Shown here piece after piece: positions 50,151-63,958 of a stretch of DNA of 64,000 bases. The notes under the pieces were generated by a model that was not told the origin of the DNA, did no database searches, and saw only the letters and a list, made by a program, of their open reading frames with translations. Each line of letters starts with the position of its first letter. The stretch's first letter is position 1. A program made the position numbers and the translations under genes. This stretch comes from Octopus bimaculoides (Eukaryota): assembly GCF_001194135.2 (NCBI RefSeq), contig NC_068988.1, positions 94,074,991 to 94,138,990 on the forward strand. Reading direction: 5' to 3'.

Positions 50151-52812
50151 GTGTGTATATATATATGTATATGCATATATATATGTATGTATAAATATAT
50201 GTATATATATGTATATATGTATATATATGTATATATATATATATACATATATNNNNNNNNNNNNNNNNNNNNNNNNNNNNNNNNNNNNNNNNNNNNNNNN
50301 NNNNNNNNNNNNNNNNNNNNNNNNNNNNNNNNNNNNNNNNNNNNNNNNNNNNNNNNNNNNNNNNNNNNNNNNNNNNNNNNNNNNNNNNNNNNNNNNNNNN
50401 NNNNNNNNNNNNNNNNNNNNNNNNNNNNNNNNNNNNNNNNNNNNNNNNNNNNNNNNNNNNNNNNNNNNNNNNNNNNNNNNNNNNNNNNNNNNNNNNNNNN
50501 NNNNNNNNNNNNNNNNNNNNNNNNNNNNNNNNNNNNNNNNNNNNNNNNNNNNNNNNNNNNNNNNNNNNNNNNNNNNNNNNNNNNNNNNNNNNNNNNNNNN
50601 NNNNNNNNNNNNNNNNNNNNNNNNNNNNNNNNNNNNNNNNNNNNNNNNNNNNNNNNNNNNNNNNNNNNNNNNNNNNNNNNNNNNNNNNNNNNNNNNNNNN
50701 NNNNNNNNNNNNNNNNNNNNNNNNNNNNNNNNNNNNNNNNNNNNNNNNNNNNNNNNNNNNNNNNNNNNNNNNNNNNNNNNNNNNNNNNNNNNNNNNNNNN
50801 NNNNNNNNNNNNNNNNNNNNNNNNNNNNNNNNNNNNNNNNNNNNNNNNNNNNNNNNNNNNNNNNNNNNNNNNNNNNNNNNNNNNNNNNNNNNNNNNNNNN
50901 NNNNNNNNNNNNNNNNNNNNNNNNNNNNNNNNNNNNNNNNNNNNNNNNNNNNNNNNNNNNNNNNNNNNNNNNNNNNNNNNNNNNNNNNNNNNNNNNNNNN
51001 NNNNNNNNNNNNNNNNNNNNNNNNNNNNNNCTAGAGTAGAAAAGACTATTGAACTTCCTAGCATAATTTCATGTTTCCCTAAATGTCCCAGTACGCATGA
51101 ACGTGTAGTTCATGTGATTCTTCTTCTGACTTCATCGTTTCGGGTTTTCTTCCACGAATAACTTATACTGAATTCATAAGCCGACTAAAGTCGTATAAAT
51201 GTAATTTAGTTAAAAGAAACGTCTGGTCCTCCATCAGAATGTGACCGTTCTTTTTCTAGGCTGGTGGGGGGGGTTAGTCTAATGCCCGATTAAGCACATT
51301 TCTTCTTTACAGGAGCCCCTTTAAAGGGTCACGGGCACTGATTACCCTCCTCAGAATAAGCAATAAAATCTACAAATGCGTAATAATTACTTTCATTCGT
51401 TACAGAATTAATTGAAATATTGGTGTTGTATTTCGCTGGAAATATAGACACGAAAGAATTAACAAAATATTCATTTTGTCTTCGCTATAAACTGAAGTTT
51501 ACTCCTGCCGCCCGGTTTAAAATTCAAAACACGAGAAGTAGGTTTTTACAGTGATGTTTCAGAATAAGTTTAGTCCATTTGATAACATTTCTAAATAAGT
51601 AAATGAGTGAAAACTTTACACAACAAGATGTTTCTTAGTTTTATTTAGCATTCAGCTTTATAACGTTGTGGCGCCACGTGGACACTACTCTTATGACGTT
51701 CTTGCCAATATCCAAGATAGATTGGATAGATATCGGAGGTACACTTACCGTTTCCCATTTCTTTTTGTTTGTTTTACACATTTAAAGAAGAGCGAATGTT
51801 GGCTAAATTGTTAATGTATTCGGCAACACAAAGCGATAAACAAAGAAATAAACTAACAAACAAATTAACAGACAATTAAAGAAGTAAATATATAAATACG
51901 TAATCATAAAAAAGAATCAAATAAACTCAAGCATAGATATTACTTCACACAACAGTCCGATAAACATTTACACATACAAAAGCAATATATTACAAAAAGC
52001 ACGTCAAACGACATTTCTTTCTTCTTTTTATAACAACAGCCATTTTGTTTCTTTATGATAGGGGCATATATTATTTATCTCCCATTTTGTGTCTCTTTGT
52101 CTGACTCCCTCGTTTTCTCTCTCGTTTTCTGTTACTCTCTCGTTCTGTTTTATTTATTTATGTTTTTAATCAGTGGTTCACAGAAAAAGAAAGAAGCTTT
52201 TAATAATCAAGTATCTTTTGAGAAAAGGTGAACGGTCCGAAGCAATATTAACGCCATGGACGAGACAGCCATTGCTTCAAGCGACATTTCCAGACAATTG
52301 ACTAACCGAAAGACCTTTACGAACACAGAAACCCTACAATTATACACACATGCACACACACATAGTTGCGCAGCAGCCTCTAAACCACACAACTACATCT
52401 GCACCTACCATGAGTATATGCACACACATTTATATGTATTTACACACACACACACACTCTACAAAGTTTGCGCGAAAGCGCGACAGGTTACAAAAAGGTT
52501 TGGGAACGAGAAGAATCTCCTAAACTCTGCTAGGCTCGACGAGGTTGACAAAAACCTTTGTAATTGCAGATAGTCTTATGTGCAGAATCTGAACTACCAT
52601 ATAGGAAAAAAATTAACACAGGACTGTAACCGGTGTTTTAGTTTTAAATAACGTACACGTGTTTTAGTAACCCAACGGCCGTTATTACCTATGTTGATTA
52701 ACCCTACCACGAGGCACAAAATAGTCGACACGCGTCTTCTGCTTTATCAGCAAAAATACAGCATAAAAAAGATTACAAGTCCTTTTATATAGCGCATTCT
52801 TATCCTCTCATT

Positions 52813-53110
52813 CAGGGCCGGATTAAGACTCATCGAGGCCCTAAGCACTTAAAAGATTTTGGTGCCCCCATAAAAGATTATGTAATTCAAAATATAAACA
52901 ATAACGAACATGAAATAAATTTTTATTTTCCAAAAAGAAACAAAACAGTAAGAGGGAAAATAATGTTTATTTTTGTCTACTTCCACTTTACATATATTTG
53001 AAAAGTTACTTCCCCCTTCTCTGAATTGCAAACTCTTGATGAGATCCTCAAAATTAATCTTAGATAACTCAATATTATTTCAGTAAGTTTAAAGTGATTA
53101 AATGACACAT
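52813..53110 (-). mobile_element. hAT transposon 3' end
   Basis: Terminus CAGGGCCGGATTAAG...GGCCCTAAGC...GGTGCCCCC. The minus strand gives KINFEDLIK then (frameshift) EFAIQ, resembling the hAT C-terminal dimerisation region. Confidence 0.6.
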
Positions 53111-53221
53111 GTTATGCACCACTTACATAGAGGAATCGGTACACGCCATCTGCTTCTGCAAGTTTGAGACACATTTCCTACATGTTTTATGCAGTAGCAT
53201 ATATATTATATGTATATATAA

Positions 53222-53466
53222 TGCGCCCTTTTAAAGCCTAGCCAGGCTCATGGGCCCGGTTTCCCGGTTTCTATGGCGAATGTGTTCCCCAGCTGGAGGG
53301 GACGCCAGTCCATCGCAGCGTTACTCATTTTTGCCCGCTGAGTGGACTGGAGCAACGTTAAATGAAGTGTTTTGCTCAAGAACACAACGCGTCACCCGGT
53401 CCAGGAATCGAAACCACAGTCTTACGATCATGAAGCTGACACCCTAACCTCTAAGCTACGAACCTC
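53222..53466 (-). mobile_element. S3-headed SINE, tail type 3
   Basis: S3 head and core, then GCGATGGACTGGCGTCCCTCCAGC...CCATAGAAACCGGGAAACCGGGCCCATGAGCC. Confidence 0.88.
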
Positions 53467-53783
53467 CACACACACACACACACANNNNNNNNNNNNNNNN
53501 NNNNNNNNNNNNNNNNNNNNNNNNNNNNNNNNNNNNNNNNNNNNNNNNNNNNNNNNNNNNNNNNNNNNNNNNNNNNNNNNNNNNNNNNNNNNNNNNNNNN
53601 NNNNNNNNNNNNNNNNNNNNNNNNNNNNNNNNNNNNNNNNNNNNNNNNNNNNNNNNNNNNNNNNNNNNNNNNNNNNNNNNNNNNNNNNNNNNNNNNNNNN
53701 NNNNNNNNNNNNNNNNNNNNNNNNNNNNNNNNNNNNNNNNNNNNNNNNNNNNNNNNNNNNNNNNNNNNNNNNNNNNNNNNNNN

Positions 53784-53834
<51 letters not shown>

Positions 53835-54714
53835 TTATGTATGTGTGTATACACGCGCTTGCGTAGGTATGTGTGTGGGGATGTGTACATGTGTACGTGG
53901 GTATGAAGATTAGTATGTATTTAGGCGCATTAAAATATTAATGATATTTTTCGTCTGTTTAATGGGATTTCTATATGCAAAATTAATGTCTATTATAATA
54001 TAAATACATATATGTGTCTTTGTTCCATTTATTGTGCTTTTCGCGTATGTATGTATGTATATATGTATGTATGTATGTATATATGTATGTATGTATGTAT
54101 ATATGTATGTATATGTTTATATATCTGTGTGGGTGTGCGCGTGTGAGTGCGTGTATGGTGTATTATGTGGGTAAACATTTCTGATACCCTAAACTGTGTC
54201 AGTTTTCTGTGTCACTTTTCACTGCCCGTTTTATGTTATGCTCTGAATTAGGTGCAACATCTCTCGCGAATAGGCTGCTGATCCAATACAGATAACATTT
54301 CAACATTATTATCTAACATTATCAGTTTCCTAGATTTAAAGTCAGTGAACTGCCGAAAAACAGAACGCTCACTGCAGTAAAACTGAACTCGTAAATGGAG
54401 AATATATATATTCTGTAAATGGCATGTCAGTATTAGAGAATACTTGAGTCATGATAGTATCCCAGCCATTCCTATTTGTATTTTGTACCTGTTGATACCT
54501 AAAGATTAACCGCACTTTTCTGGAAGCAGGAAAAGATTAAAAACACAATCACGAATCTATATTGCCTACATACATAAAAAACATACATGCATAATGAGAT
54601 ATCATAGAAGCATACATACATACATAAATACATATATACTTCCTCGTCACTGGAATAATGTTTGCCTCTCAAACCCTCTTTCATGGGGCCGAAGATTATT
54701 TTAGTGACGAGGAA

Positions 54715-54757
<43 letters not shown>

Positions 54758-55337
54758 GAAGTCGCATATTGAAATGTAAATTTGCAAAATATTCCCAATT
54801 TCCGGTTAATGTGTTTCTGGTTGTTTATCCATTATCTGCTCGTGGTAACTTGATTGTCAGCGGCAGCACACAGAGAGGATTAAACTGCTGTGTCTTTATT
54901 GAAATACACTGTCACATGAAAAACGATAGTATAGGCGAATAGACGTGATATTGAACTTGACGTTCGATTAATTGATTAAGCAACTTTACCCCAATGTTCA
55001 AATTTGTCAAACGCAGCAATAAAACACTTCGAAAGCAATTTACGGAAATGAGATATCATAGAAATTGTATTAATATTTCACTTTTGTACGGGGAGTATTT
55101 TTTAAGAAAAATGGAATTGACAAATTTGCAGAACAAGTTTCTCAGTATAATTGCGAAACATTTCCATTATTGTTATAAGATTTTACTTTTGTAAACTGAT
55201 TTTTAATTGTATTTTAGATTTGTGGTTTTCAACCATTTTTTACCAGTGGATTCCTTTGATTTCAGTTTTACTCAGATGGACTCTCATAGCCTTTCCACGT
55301 TTTAAAAGTCTTATTATATTTTATGATTAAATATTAT

Positions 55338-55725
55338 AGGCGCAGGAGTGGCTGTGTGGTAAGTAGCTTGCTTACCAACCACATGGTTCTGGGTTCAGTC
55401 CCACTACGTGGGACCTTGGGCAAGTATCTTCTACTATAGCCTTAGGTCGGCCAAAGCCTTGTGAGTGGATTTGGTAGACGGAAATTGGAAGTAGCCCGTC
55501 GTTTATGTATATATGTATATGTATGTATAAATATGTATGTGTATCTGTGTTTACCCCACCACCATCACTTGATAACCGATGTTGGTGTGTTTACGTCCCT
55601 GTAACTTAGTGGTTTGGCAAAAGAGACGGATCGAATAAGTACCAGGCTTACCAGGAATAAGTTCTGAGGTCGATTTATTCGACTAAAGGCGGTGCTCCAG
55701 CATGACTGAATCATGTAAAAGAATA
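55338..55725 (+). mobile_element. S2 tRNA-derived SINE, full length
   Basis: GGCGCAGGAGTGGCTGTGTGGTAAG (A-box), GGGTTCAGTCCC (B-box), body, internal AT/GT microsatellite, tail GGCGGTGCTCCAGCATGACTGAA...AAAAGAATA. Confidence 0.93.
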
Positions 55726-55819
55726 TCAAAATATTCTGTGCCGTAGAATTATAACCAATTTATTGCGCATAAATTTTAATAACGAAACCTTATATAGACC
55801 CCTCCCTCCTCCAAAGGTT

Positions 55820-55884
55820 GTACTCCCCCCACCCCGGGTCATATGGACCCCAAAGAGTCATGTGGACCCCGTTGAGAACCACTT
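55820..55884. mobile_element. Isolated hAT (Charlie-like) terminus
   Basis: ATGGACCCC twice, then GTTGAGAACCACT (reverse complement of an AGTGGTTCTCAAC TIR). No partner end was found. Confidence 0.45.
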
Positions 55885-56789
55885 TTCGTATTCTTTTGTG
55901 AAACAAATCGTTCGTTTCCGGTTCTTTCCGCATCTCGTTGCTTTTTCAGGCGACAGTATACATCGGACATCTTAGTAGTGTCTTTGTTCTCCAATGACGA
56001 TGATATTAATATTATTGCACATGTCTGTGATTTCTCTACCACAAACGCAATATGTCCGAACATGAAATATATTGCAAATATTTAGATTTTAATATGTGTT
56101 TTCATTTTATTTTCATTTGCGTTTCGTCTGAACTCTATCGATAAATATTTCTACATATTATTGCTATAAACTTGATATTTTTTCTTATCTATTGAGCCCT
56201 CTCAATACTTCGTAATCACGAAAAAATATTTTCTACAGAACTGAAGATATTTAATATACACACTCGCGCACTCACACACACAGAGACACAGACACACACC
56301 TAAATGTGCGTGTGTGTATGTACGTGCGTAACAGAGCTGTATATGTTTGAGTTTCCATATGTGTTTGGCTGCGTTCGTTCAAGTAGCACACGGCTGACTG
56401 TCTGTTTTCTTTCCACAAGCGTCTCTTGACCTTTCGCAGCTGGCGCCTCCTTAGAAACCAGCCAAGCTTCTGATCAGCATCCGGTCACCTAGAAAGATAG
56501 GCACATTTCTCGTGCCATTGGTATTCTATCGTGAAATCACATCATAATCGATATAACCGATAGTACAATTGCAAAAAGTTGAAAAATCGATAACCATCAA
56601 CACTTTCTACAAGAATGATCAAACCTATTTGAGGTGTCAGAATAAAAGAGGAGTGCGTGAGAGCGACAAAATGGTGAAAGGAAATTGAGAAATAGGATTA
56701 TGTATAACTGTGTGGTATAAAGAAGAAGTGTGTAGATGAAAGTCAACATAAAAATGTGCGTGGTTCTGCATGAATGAGTCACGTTGTGC

Positions 56790-56797
56790 AATTACAG

Positions 56798-56871
<74 letters not shown>

Positions 56872-56885
56872 GTAGGTAGATAGAT
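56790..56885. repeat. (GATA)n microsatellite
   Basis: Direct reading. Confidence 0.95.
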
Positions 56886-57485
56886 ATGTACTCAGACAGG
56901 CAGGTAGGTAGCTATGCACATATNNNNNNNNNNNNNNNNNNNNNNNNNNNNNNNNNNNNNNNNNNNNNNNNNNNNNNNNNNNNNNNNNNNNNNNNNNNNN
57001 NNNNNNNNNNNNNNNNNNNNNNNNNNNNNNNNNNNNNNNNNNNNNNNNNNNNNNNNNNNNNNNNNNNNNNNNNNNNNNNNNNNNNNNNNNNNNNNNNNNN
57101 NNNNNNNNNNNNNNNNNNNNNNNNNNNNNNNNNNNNNNNNNNNNNNNNNNNNNNNNNNNNNNNNNNNNNNNNNNNNNNNNNNNNNNNNNNNNNNNNNNNN
57201 NNNNNNNNNNNNNNNNNNNNNNNNNNNNNNNNNNNNNNNNNNNNNNNNNNNNNNNNNNNNNNNNNNNNNNNNNNNNNNNNNNNNNNNNNNNNNNNNNNNN
57301 NNNNNNNNNNNNNNNNNNNNNNNNNNNNNNNNNNNNNNNNNNNNNNNNNGTACAAGCATACACTCGTACGCATATGGAGAAACACACGCATAAACTGAAC
57401 TGAGGGAAACCGATTCATTGATGGATAGATGTATATATATTGAGAAGGAAAGCCTATGAGAAGTAGGAGAGGTAGATAGATAGAT

Positions 57486-57524
<39 letters not shown>

Positions 57525-59349
57525 TGAGGGAGATGAGGGAAGGAGAGAGATAAGCGCAGGGAGAAAGACTGATAAAGAAGAGAGAGAGAGAGAGAGAGAA
57601 TAGGAAGTTAAAAAGAAGCAAATGGAAGCGTGTGTGATAGAAGAGTAAAGAGGTATTTTTTCCTAATGGCAGTTTTATTCAACTTAATATTTCCACCTCC
57701 ATTCCTTTAATATTAGCTCTCCTTTCCTTTCACTTCCCTTTCTCTTTCTTTTCACTTCCCTTATCATATTTTCCACCATATTTTTTTATGAAAAAAGGAA
57801 TAAAAAAAATAACAATTTTTTTCTTTTTTTCTTTTTTTTTACACTCAACACCCGCACCGTCCCCTCCAACTCCGCCATCAACATCGCCACTGTTTCCCTC
57901 TCCTCTGCCTTCTCGCATTACCGCCTTATCTTCTCCTACCACCGCAACCACTATCGCTATCAACCCATCATTCCTTTTCTATCTGGTCTTTTAACAACTT
58001 ACTTTAGATTTTATTTGGTTTTGCTTTTTTGATATTTTTCACATTATTTTATTCTTGCTGTTGTTGTTGTTGTTGTTGCCTTCAACTATCATTCCGCCCA
58101 CCCCATCCCCATCCTCCTCCTCTTCCTCTCCACTCCACAACAGTAAAGGCGATCGAGTGAAGGACTTTAACGATAACCGGAAGCCAACTCGCTGATCTTG
58201 CGTGAACCATCGACAATTACTCCGCGTCTTTTGCACGGTCACAGAGCATCAGTTCTGTTTGTAATCGCGCCCCTATCGCCACCAGAACCACCACCACCAC
58301 CACCACAACCACTACCGTCTCAGCTGTTTCTTCTTTCGCCATCGACACCACCACCATTGTCATCACTAGCGCCACCTTCATCGTCAAACTCCGCCACCTC
58401 CATTATCATTGCTATTACAATACAGCCGCCATAACTACCACCATCGCCACCGCATTTAACACCATAAACGCCACCACAACAACAATACCAATCAACACAA
58501 CCACCATCATTACCAACTGCTACCACCGCCACCATCACCATCACCACCATCATCACTATCACCGTCATCACGAATACCACCACCTCAACACCGGCATCGG
58601 CTCCACCCCACCTCAACACCAGCATCAACATCAGCATAACCGTCGGCACCACTCCCACCGCCAACATCCTTATTACTTCCTCCACTCCCACCACAACCAC
58701 CACCACCACCACCACCATCAAAATGAGGAAGCTGCCGCTCTTGTCACAGCAACTCACACTGCCTCTCCACGACTCATTGACGAGACTGAAAATGATAGCT
58801 GGCTNNNNNNNNNNNNNNNNNNNNNNNNNNNNNNNNNNNNNNNNNNNNNNNNNNNNNNNNNNNNNNNNNNNNNNNNNNNNNNNNNNNNNNNNNNNNNNNN
58901 NNNNNNNNNNNNNNNNNNNNNNNNNNNNNNNNNNNNNNNNNNNNNNNNNNNNNNNNNNNNNNNNNNNNNNNNNNNNNNNNNNNNNNNNNNNNNNNNNNNN
59001 NNNNNNNNNNNNNNNNNNNNNNNNNNNNNNNNNNNNNNNNNNNNNNNNNNNNNNNNNNNNNNNNNNNNNNNNNNNNNNNNNNNNNNNNNNNNNNNNNNNN
59101 NNNNNNNNNNNNNNNNNNNNNNNNNNNNNNNNNNNNNNNNNNNNNNNNNNNNNNNNNNNNNNNNNNNNNNNNNNNNNNNNNNNNNNNNNNNNNNNNNNNN
59201 NNNNNNNNNNNNNNNNNNNNNNNNNNNNNNNNNNNNNNNNNNNNNNNNNNNNNNNNNNNNNNNNNNNNNNNNNNNNNNNNNNNNNNNNNNNNNNNNNNNN
59301 NNNNNNNNNNNNNNNNATATATATATATATATATATATAATATTCCCGG

Positions 59350-59594
59350 CCACGTAGTTCTGGGTTCAGTCTCACTGCGTGACACCTTGGACAAGTGTCT
59401 TCTACCATAGAGCCTCGGGCCGACCAAAGCCTTGCGAGGGGATTTGGTAGACGGAAACTGAAAGAAGACCGCCATATATATATATTCTTTTATTCTTTTA
59501 CTTGTTTCAGCCATTTGACTGCAGCCATGCTGGAGCATCGCCTAAAGGGTTTTAGTCGAGCAAATCGACCCCAGGATTTATTCTTTGTTAGCCT
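59350..59594. mobile_element. S2 5' half (+, 59350-59473) abutting an S2 3' end in opposite orientation (-, 59485-59594)
   Basis: Both halves match S2 copies elsewhere in the window. Confidence 0.85.
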
Positions 59595-59799
59595 ATCGAC
59601 GATGTTCAGAAGCTTAGAGCTATCAACGAAAATTTTAATGCTGCTATGTTTGATGGCATCAAGGAGACCATCGATGTCTGCAATAATTCATTGCGCTGTG
59701 ACGAAAGCGGAGCGATATGGTAGGACATGTGACAAAAATGGATGCGAATTTTGATACGTAACATTATAACATACCTTTCTAATGTAGGTATAACGCTTG

Positions 59800-60170
59800 A
59801 AAATTTGGGGACTGGGGAAAGAGTCGATTACATCGACAACAGTACTCACCTGATTCTTACTTTATCGGCCCCGAAAGATTGAGGGGGAAAAGTCGACGGG
59901 ATTCGAACTCCGCTAAGCATTTTGTGCGGCCTACCAACGATTCTCCCAGCTCACCTCTCTATGTGACATAGGAATGGTTTCAAATTTTGGCACAAGGCCA
60001 GCAGTTTCAAGGAGGGCTAATTCGATCATATCGACTCTAGTACACAGCTGGTACTTATTTCATCGACCCCGAAAAGATGAAAGGAAAATTGACCTCGTTC
60101 GAATTCGAACTGAGAACGTAAAGACGGACTAAATGAGGCTAAACATTTTGTCCGACGTTCTAATGATTTA
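59800..60170 (-). mobile_element. Two diverged S1 SINEs (about 59800-59960 and 59985-60170)
   Basis: AGTCGATTACATCGAC, TTTATCGGCCCCGAAAG and CGCTAAGCATTTTG motifs are repeated. Confidence 0.75.
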
Positions 60171-60356
60171 TGTGATATAATAATTATATGATATAATAAT
60201 GGTGACAACTGGAACCCTTTGTTCTTCATATTGTGAACTTTTACAAAAATATTTGCTAAATGTAACTCAACAATTATGTACTCCAGCTTCCGATATTTAC
60301 TTTGGTGAAATATCGGTGGGGGTTGAGAGAAATATTCGATATTTGTTTAGAAATTT

Positions 60357-60565
60357 TATTCTTTTATTCTTTCATTTTTTCAGTCATTTGACTGCGGCCA
60401 TGCTGGAACACCGCCTTTAGTCGAGCAAATGGACCCCAGGACTTATTCTTTGTAAGCCTAGTACTTATTCTATGAAACACTCTTACCAAACCGCTAAGTT
60501 AAGGGGACGTAAACACACCAGCATCGGTTTTCAAGCGATGTTGGGGGGACAAAACAGACACACAA

Positions 60566-60608
<43 letters not shown>

Positions 60609-60770
60609 ACGGGCTTCTTTCAGTTTCCGTCTACCAAATCCACTTACAAGGCTTTGGTCGGCCCGAGGCTATAGTAGAAGACACTTGTCCAAGGTGCCAC
60701 ACAGTGGGACTGAACCCAGAACCATGTGGTTGGTAAGCAAGCTACTTACCACACAGCTACTCCTGCGCCT
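60357..60770 (-). mobile_element. S2 SINE, full length
   Basis: Reverse-complement match to 55338-55725. Confidence 0.93.
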
Positions 60771-61039
60771 ATTGTCAAATAATATTTTAAAAGTCAAACT
60801 TCAGTTTGTGTTGGTTTTAAATGCTTAATGAATTCATTAAATTGTTCTTATTGAGCTCAAGGCCATCTCTGATTGAAAAAAAATATGCCTTTCAGTCGTG
60901 GCTGCGCTGTCTTATTTACGGAACACATATATGAAGCACGTAATTTAATGTGTCATTCCTTTATTAGAAATTGTAGGGAGAACCCTGTGAGATTTTGCTA
61001 TAATTTCAAGCAGGTCTCTTATTAGCTCAAAGTGTTATG

Positions 61040-61376
61040 CTTTTCTACTCTAGGCACAAAGCCAGAAATTTTGGGGGAGGGGTCAGTCGATTAGATCGAC
61101 CCAGTACGCAACTGGTACTTAATTTATTGACTCCGAAAGGGTAAAAAGCAAAATCGACCTCGGTGGAATTTTAACTCAGAACGTAAAGACACACGAAATG
61201 CCGCTAAGCATTTCGCCCGGCATGCTAATGTTTCTGCCAGCTTGCTGTCTTGAAAGGACAATAATATTCTTTTCTACTCCAGGCACAAGGCCAGAAATTT
61301 TGGGGGACCACGGCGGAATTACAACTCAGAACGTAAAGACCGCTAAGCATTTTGCCCGGCATGCTAACGTTTCTGC
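61040..61376 (-). mobile_element. Tandem S1 tail-B dimer (one full copy, one internally deleted)
   Basis: Two CTTTTCTACTCYAGGCACAA tails (61040, 61269) and two heads. Flanked by TAGCTCAAAGTGTTAT (61023-61038) and TAGTTCAAGGTGTTAT (61379-61394). Confidence 0.88.
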
Positions 61377-63473
61377 ACTAGTTCAAGGTGTTATTGTATA
61401 TTGCCCCAGGACAAGGTTGATGATATGAGACAACTCATAAGAGACTAATTTCTTTATGTATCTTGAACTACAATGTCTAATGTGTACTTCAATTTAAAAG
61501 ATAGTCGAGACTGAGTTATATTGAGTTATATTGAGGGTTTTATTGAACTGCTTTGCGGGAAAATTAAGCAACTACCTCCAGGCTATTTTCTTCCCTCGAA
61601 TAAATACCACTGGTGTATACAGTCTCCATTTCATCGACTGTAAACCTCACCCAATAACTTAAGGCTTTCTACTAATATAAAATATGAAGGTTCCCCTCGT
61701 GTCACTCTGATCCTTTTTGTCGGTTTTTTTTTCATGCATTTTGTTCCACCTCCCTCTTTGTTTTCCATTTCTTATATAATCACTCCTTTTTTTTTTTTAC
61801 TCCGATTTATCACTCCTTAGCATAATCTTTTCACCTCCGCCTTCTTCTCCTCGCTCTCTCCGGAGATATATCACTCTGCTCCCTTCCTTCTCTCCTCTTC
61901 TCACTTCTGTACACATGTATACACATATGTGGAGGATTTTTCGCCCATCTAATCTTATTCTTATTTTCTATGTAATTTTTGTTCCACGACGAAAACGACT
62001 ACCACCATCACCACCACAACCACCATCACCACCATCACCGCCCACAAAAACAACACCACCTCCACTACAGCCCCTACCATCACATATCGTAACGCTCCCT
62101 TTCTTTTTTATTTTTTCGTTTCGGTTCGATACACTTGATTGAATCGAGTATTGGTGACAGTTCTTTTTCTTTTTGTTTCCCTTTGTATAATTTTGGCCCT
62201 TTGTTTTGTTATATTATTAAAAATATATATGTTTGCGTATGTTTTTTTTCTTCGAAGGGGGTGACGTGCTGGGGGATGTGGGCGATATATTATTGTTACG
62301 GTTTTAACGTGGCCACATCAACAATAAAGCCCGCTCCGTTGCTTCACGTTCCAGTTGCGTTCAGTAGCGCCAAGAAAACTTTCAAGAAACAAGAAAAGCA
62401 AAAAAAAAAAAATGAATGTGTAAAAAAGAAATTAAAAGAAATCAAGAAACACACACATGCACGCATACAAATACACAGAAACACACACTCATCCACACAC
62501 ACAGTAACACGAAACACACACTCGGAGCACAGCAGATGTAAGAAGAAGAGGAAAGAACCTAGCTGTTATGGAGAGAGAGAAAGAACGGTACCAACATAAA
62601 GCGATAGGAAAGTCTTTAGACAAGAAAAGGGCCAACGGAAATTAAAAGATTAGAAAGAAGGCATAAAAAAGAATAAGAAGGAAGAACAAGAAACAAAGAA
62701 TAAAGAGTAACAGATGAAAAAAAAAGTCACAAAACGAGACAAAAATCATCGAACGGATTCTGTCTTTTAGTCTTTCACTGTGCCTCTCAATATCCCTTCT
62801 CTTCTTTTCTCTCTCTCCCCACCCCCACTTCTTCTCTTTTCTCATATCTTTCTTTTTTTTCTCTTTGTCTTACAAGTGTGGAAAATTAAATGCAGATAAA
62901 GGAAATCAAAACAAAATCCCTAAATTTCTTTCTCACCCTTTCTCCCGTTTTTTCTCCTTCTTTTCCCTCCCAAACTCTTCATCACTCCATTGCTCTCGCA
63001 GTTTCGATCCCTTTCTCCTTTTTCCTTTCACTCAATCGTCCCCCACCTCCCACCACACTCTTCGTTCTGCGTCGACCTCTGCCAGTTTTCATATCATTTC
63101 TCTTTATCCTTCCCTCTCACTCTCTCTCCCTGTTTCACTCTCTCTCTCTCTCACTCACTCCCCCTCTCTCTCTTACACACAAATTTTGCATCGTTACATC
63201 CACACCTCTCAATCTCTATCATATATATNNNNNNNNNNNNNNNNNNNNNNNNNNNNNNNNNNNNNNNNNNNNNNNNNNNNNNNNNNNNNNNNNNNNNNNN
63301 NNNNNNNNNNNNNNNNNNNNNNNNNNNNNNNNNNNNNNNNNNNNNNNNNNNNNNNNNNNNNNNNNNNNNNNNNNNNNNNNNNNNNNNNNNNNNNNNNNNN
63401 NNNNNNNNNNNNNNNNNNNNNNNNNNNNNNNNNNNNNNNNNNNNNNNNNNNNNNNNNNNNNNNNNNNNNNNNN

Positions 63474-63515
63474 ATATATATATGTATATATCAATATCTG
63501 TATATATGTATATAC

Positions 63516-63546
<31 letters not shown>

Positions 63547-63562
63547 TGTATGTGTGTGTGTG

Positions 63563-63594
<32 letters not shown>

Positions 63595-63600
63595 TATACG
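63474..63600. repeat. (ATGT)n/(AT)n microsatellite; a further (AT)n runs from about 63895 to 64000
   Basis: Direct reading. Confidence 0.95.
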
Positions 63601-63958
63601 TAGGTAGATGTCGCGCTCCTGAAATTTCACCGATGCTCTGTGTGACAAAACTGAACTGAAATGCGTTATCATACAACCCCTGTCGGTGTCGTTGCTGTTG
63701 TTGCCGTTGTTGTTGTTGGTGTTGTAACTGTTCATCGAGATGCTGATGAGTGATGGCTCCTGTAGTAGCTATTACAGCTATTGGTGTTGATGTTGTTATT
63801 GCTGTAGTCTGGACTTTTCTTGTTGTTGTTTCGAGATTGGCTATCGTATTTTATGCATTATATTTTTCAACATTTTCACACCCGTACATACTCCTATATG
63901 CATATGTCATATATATTATATATATATATGTATATATATACATATATATATATATATG

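Noticed and set aside
56765-56780. CTGCATGAATGAG resembling the 3' part of miR-67
   Set aside because: The seed region does not match and I see no precursor hairpin. No other conserved miRNA was recognised by eye.
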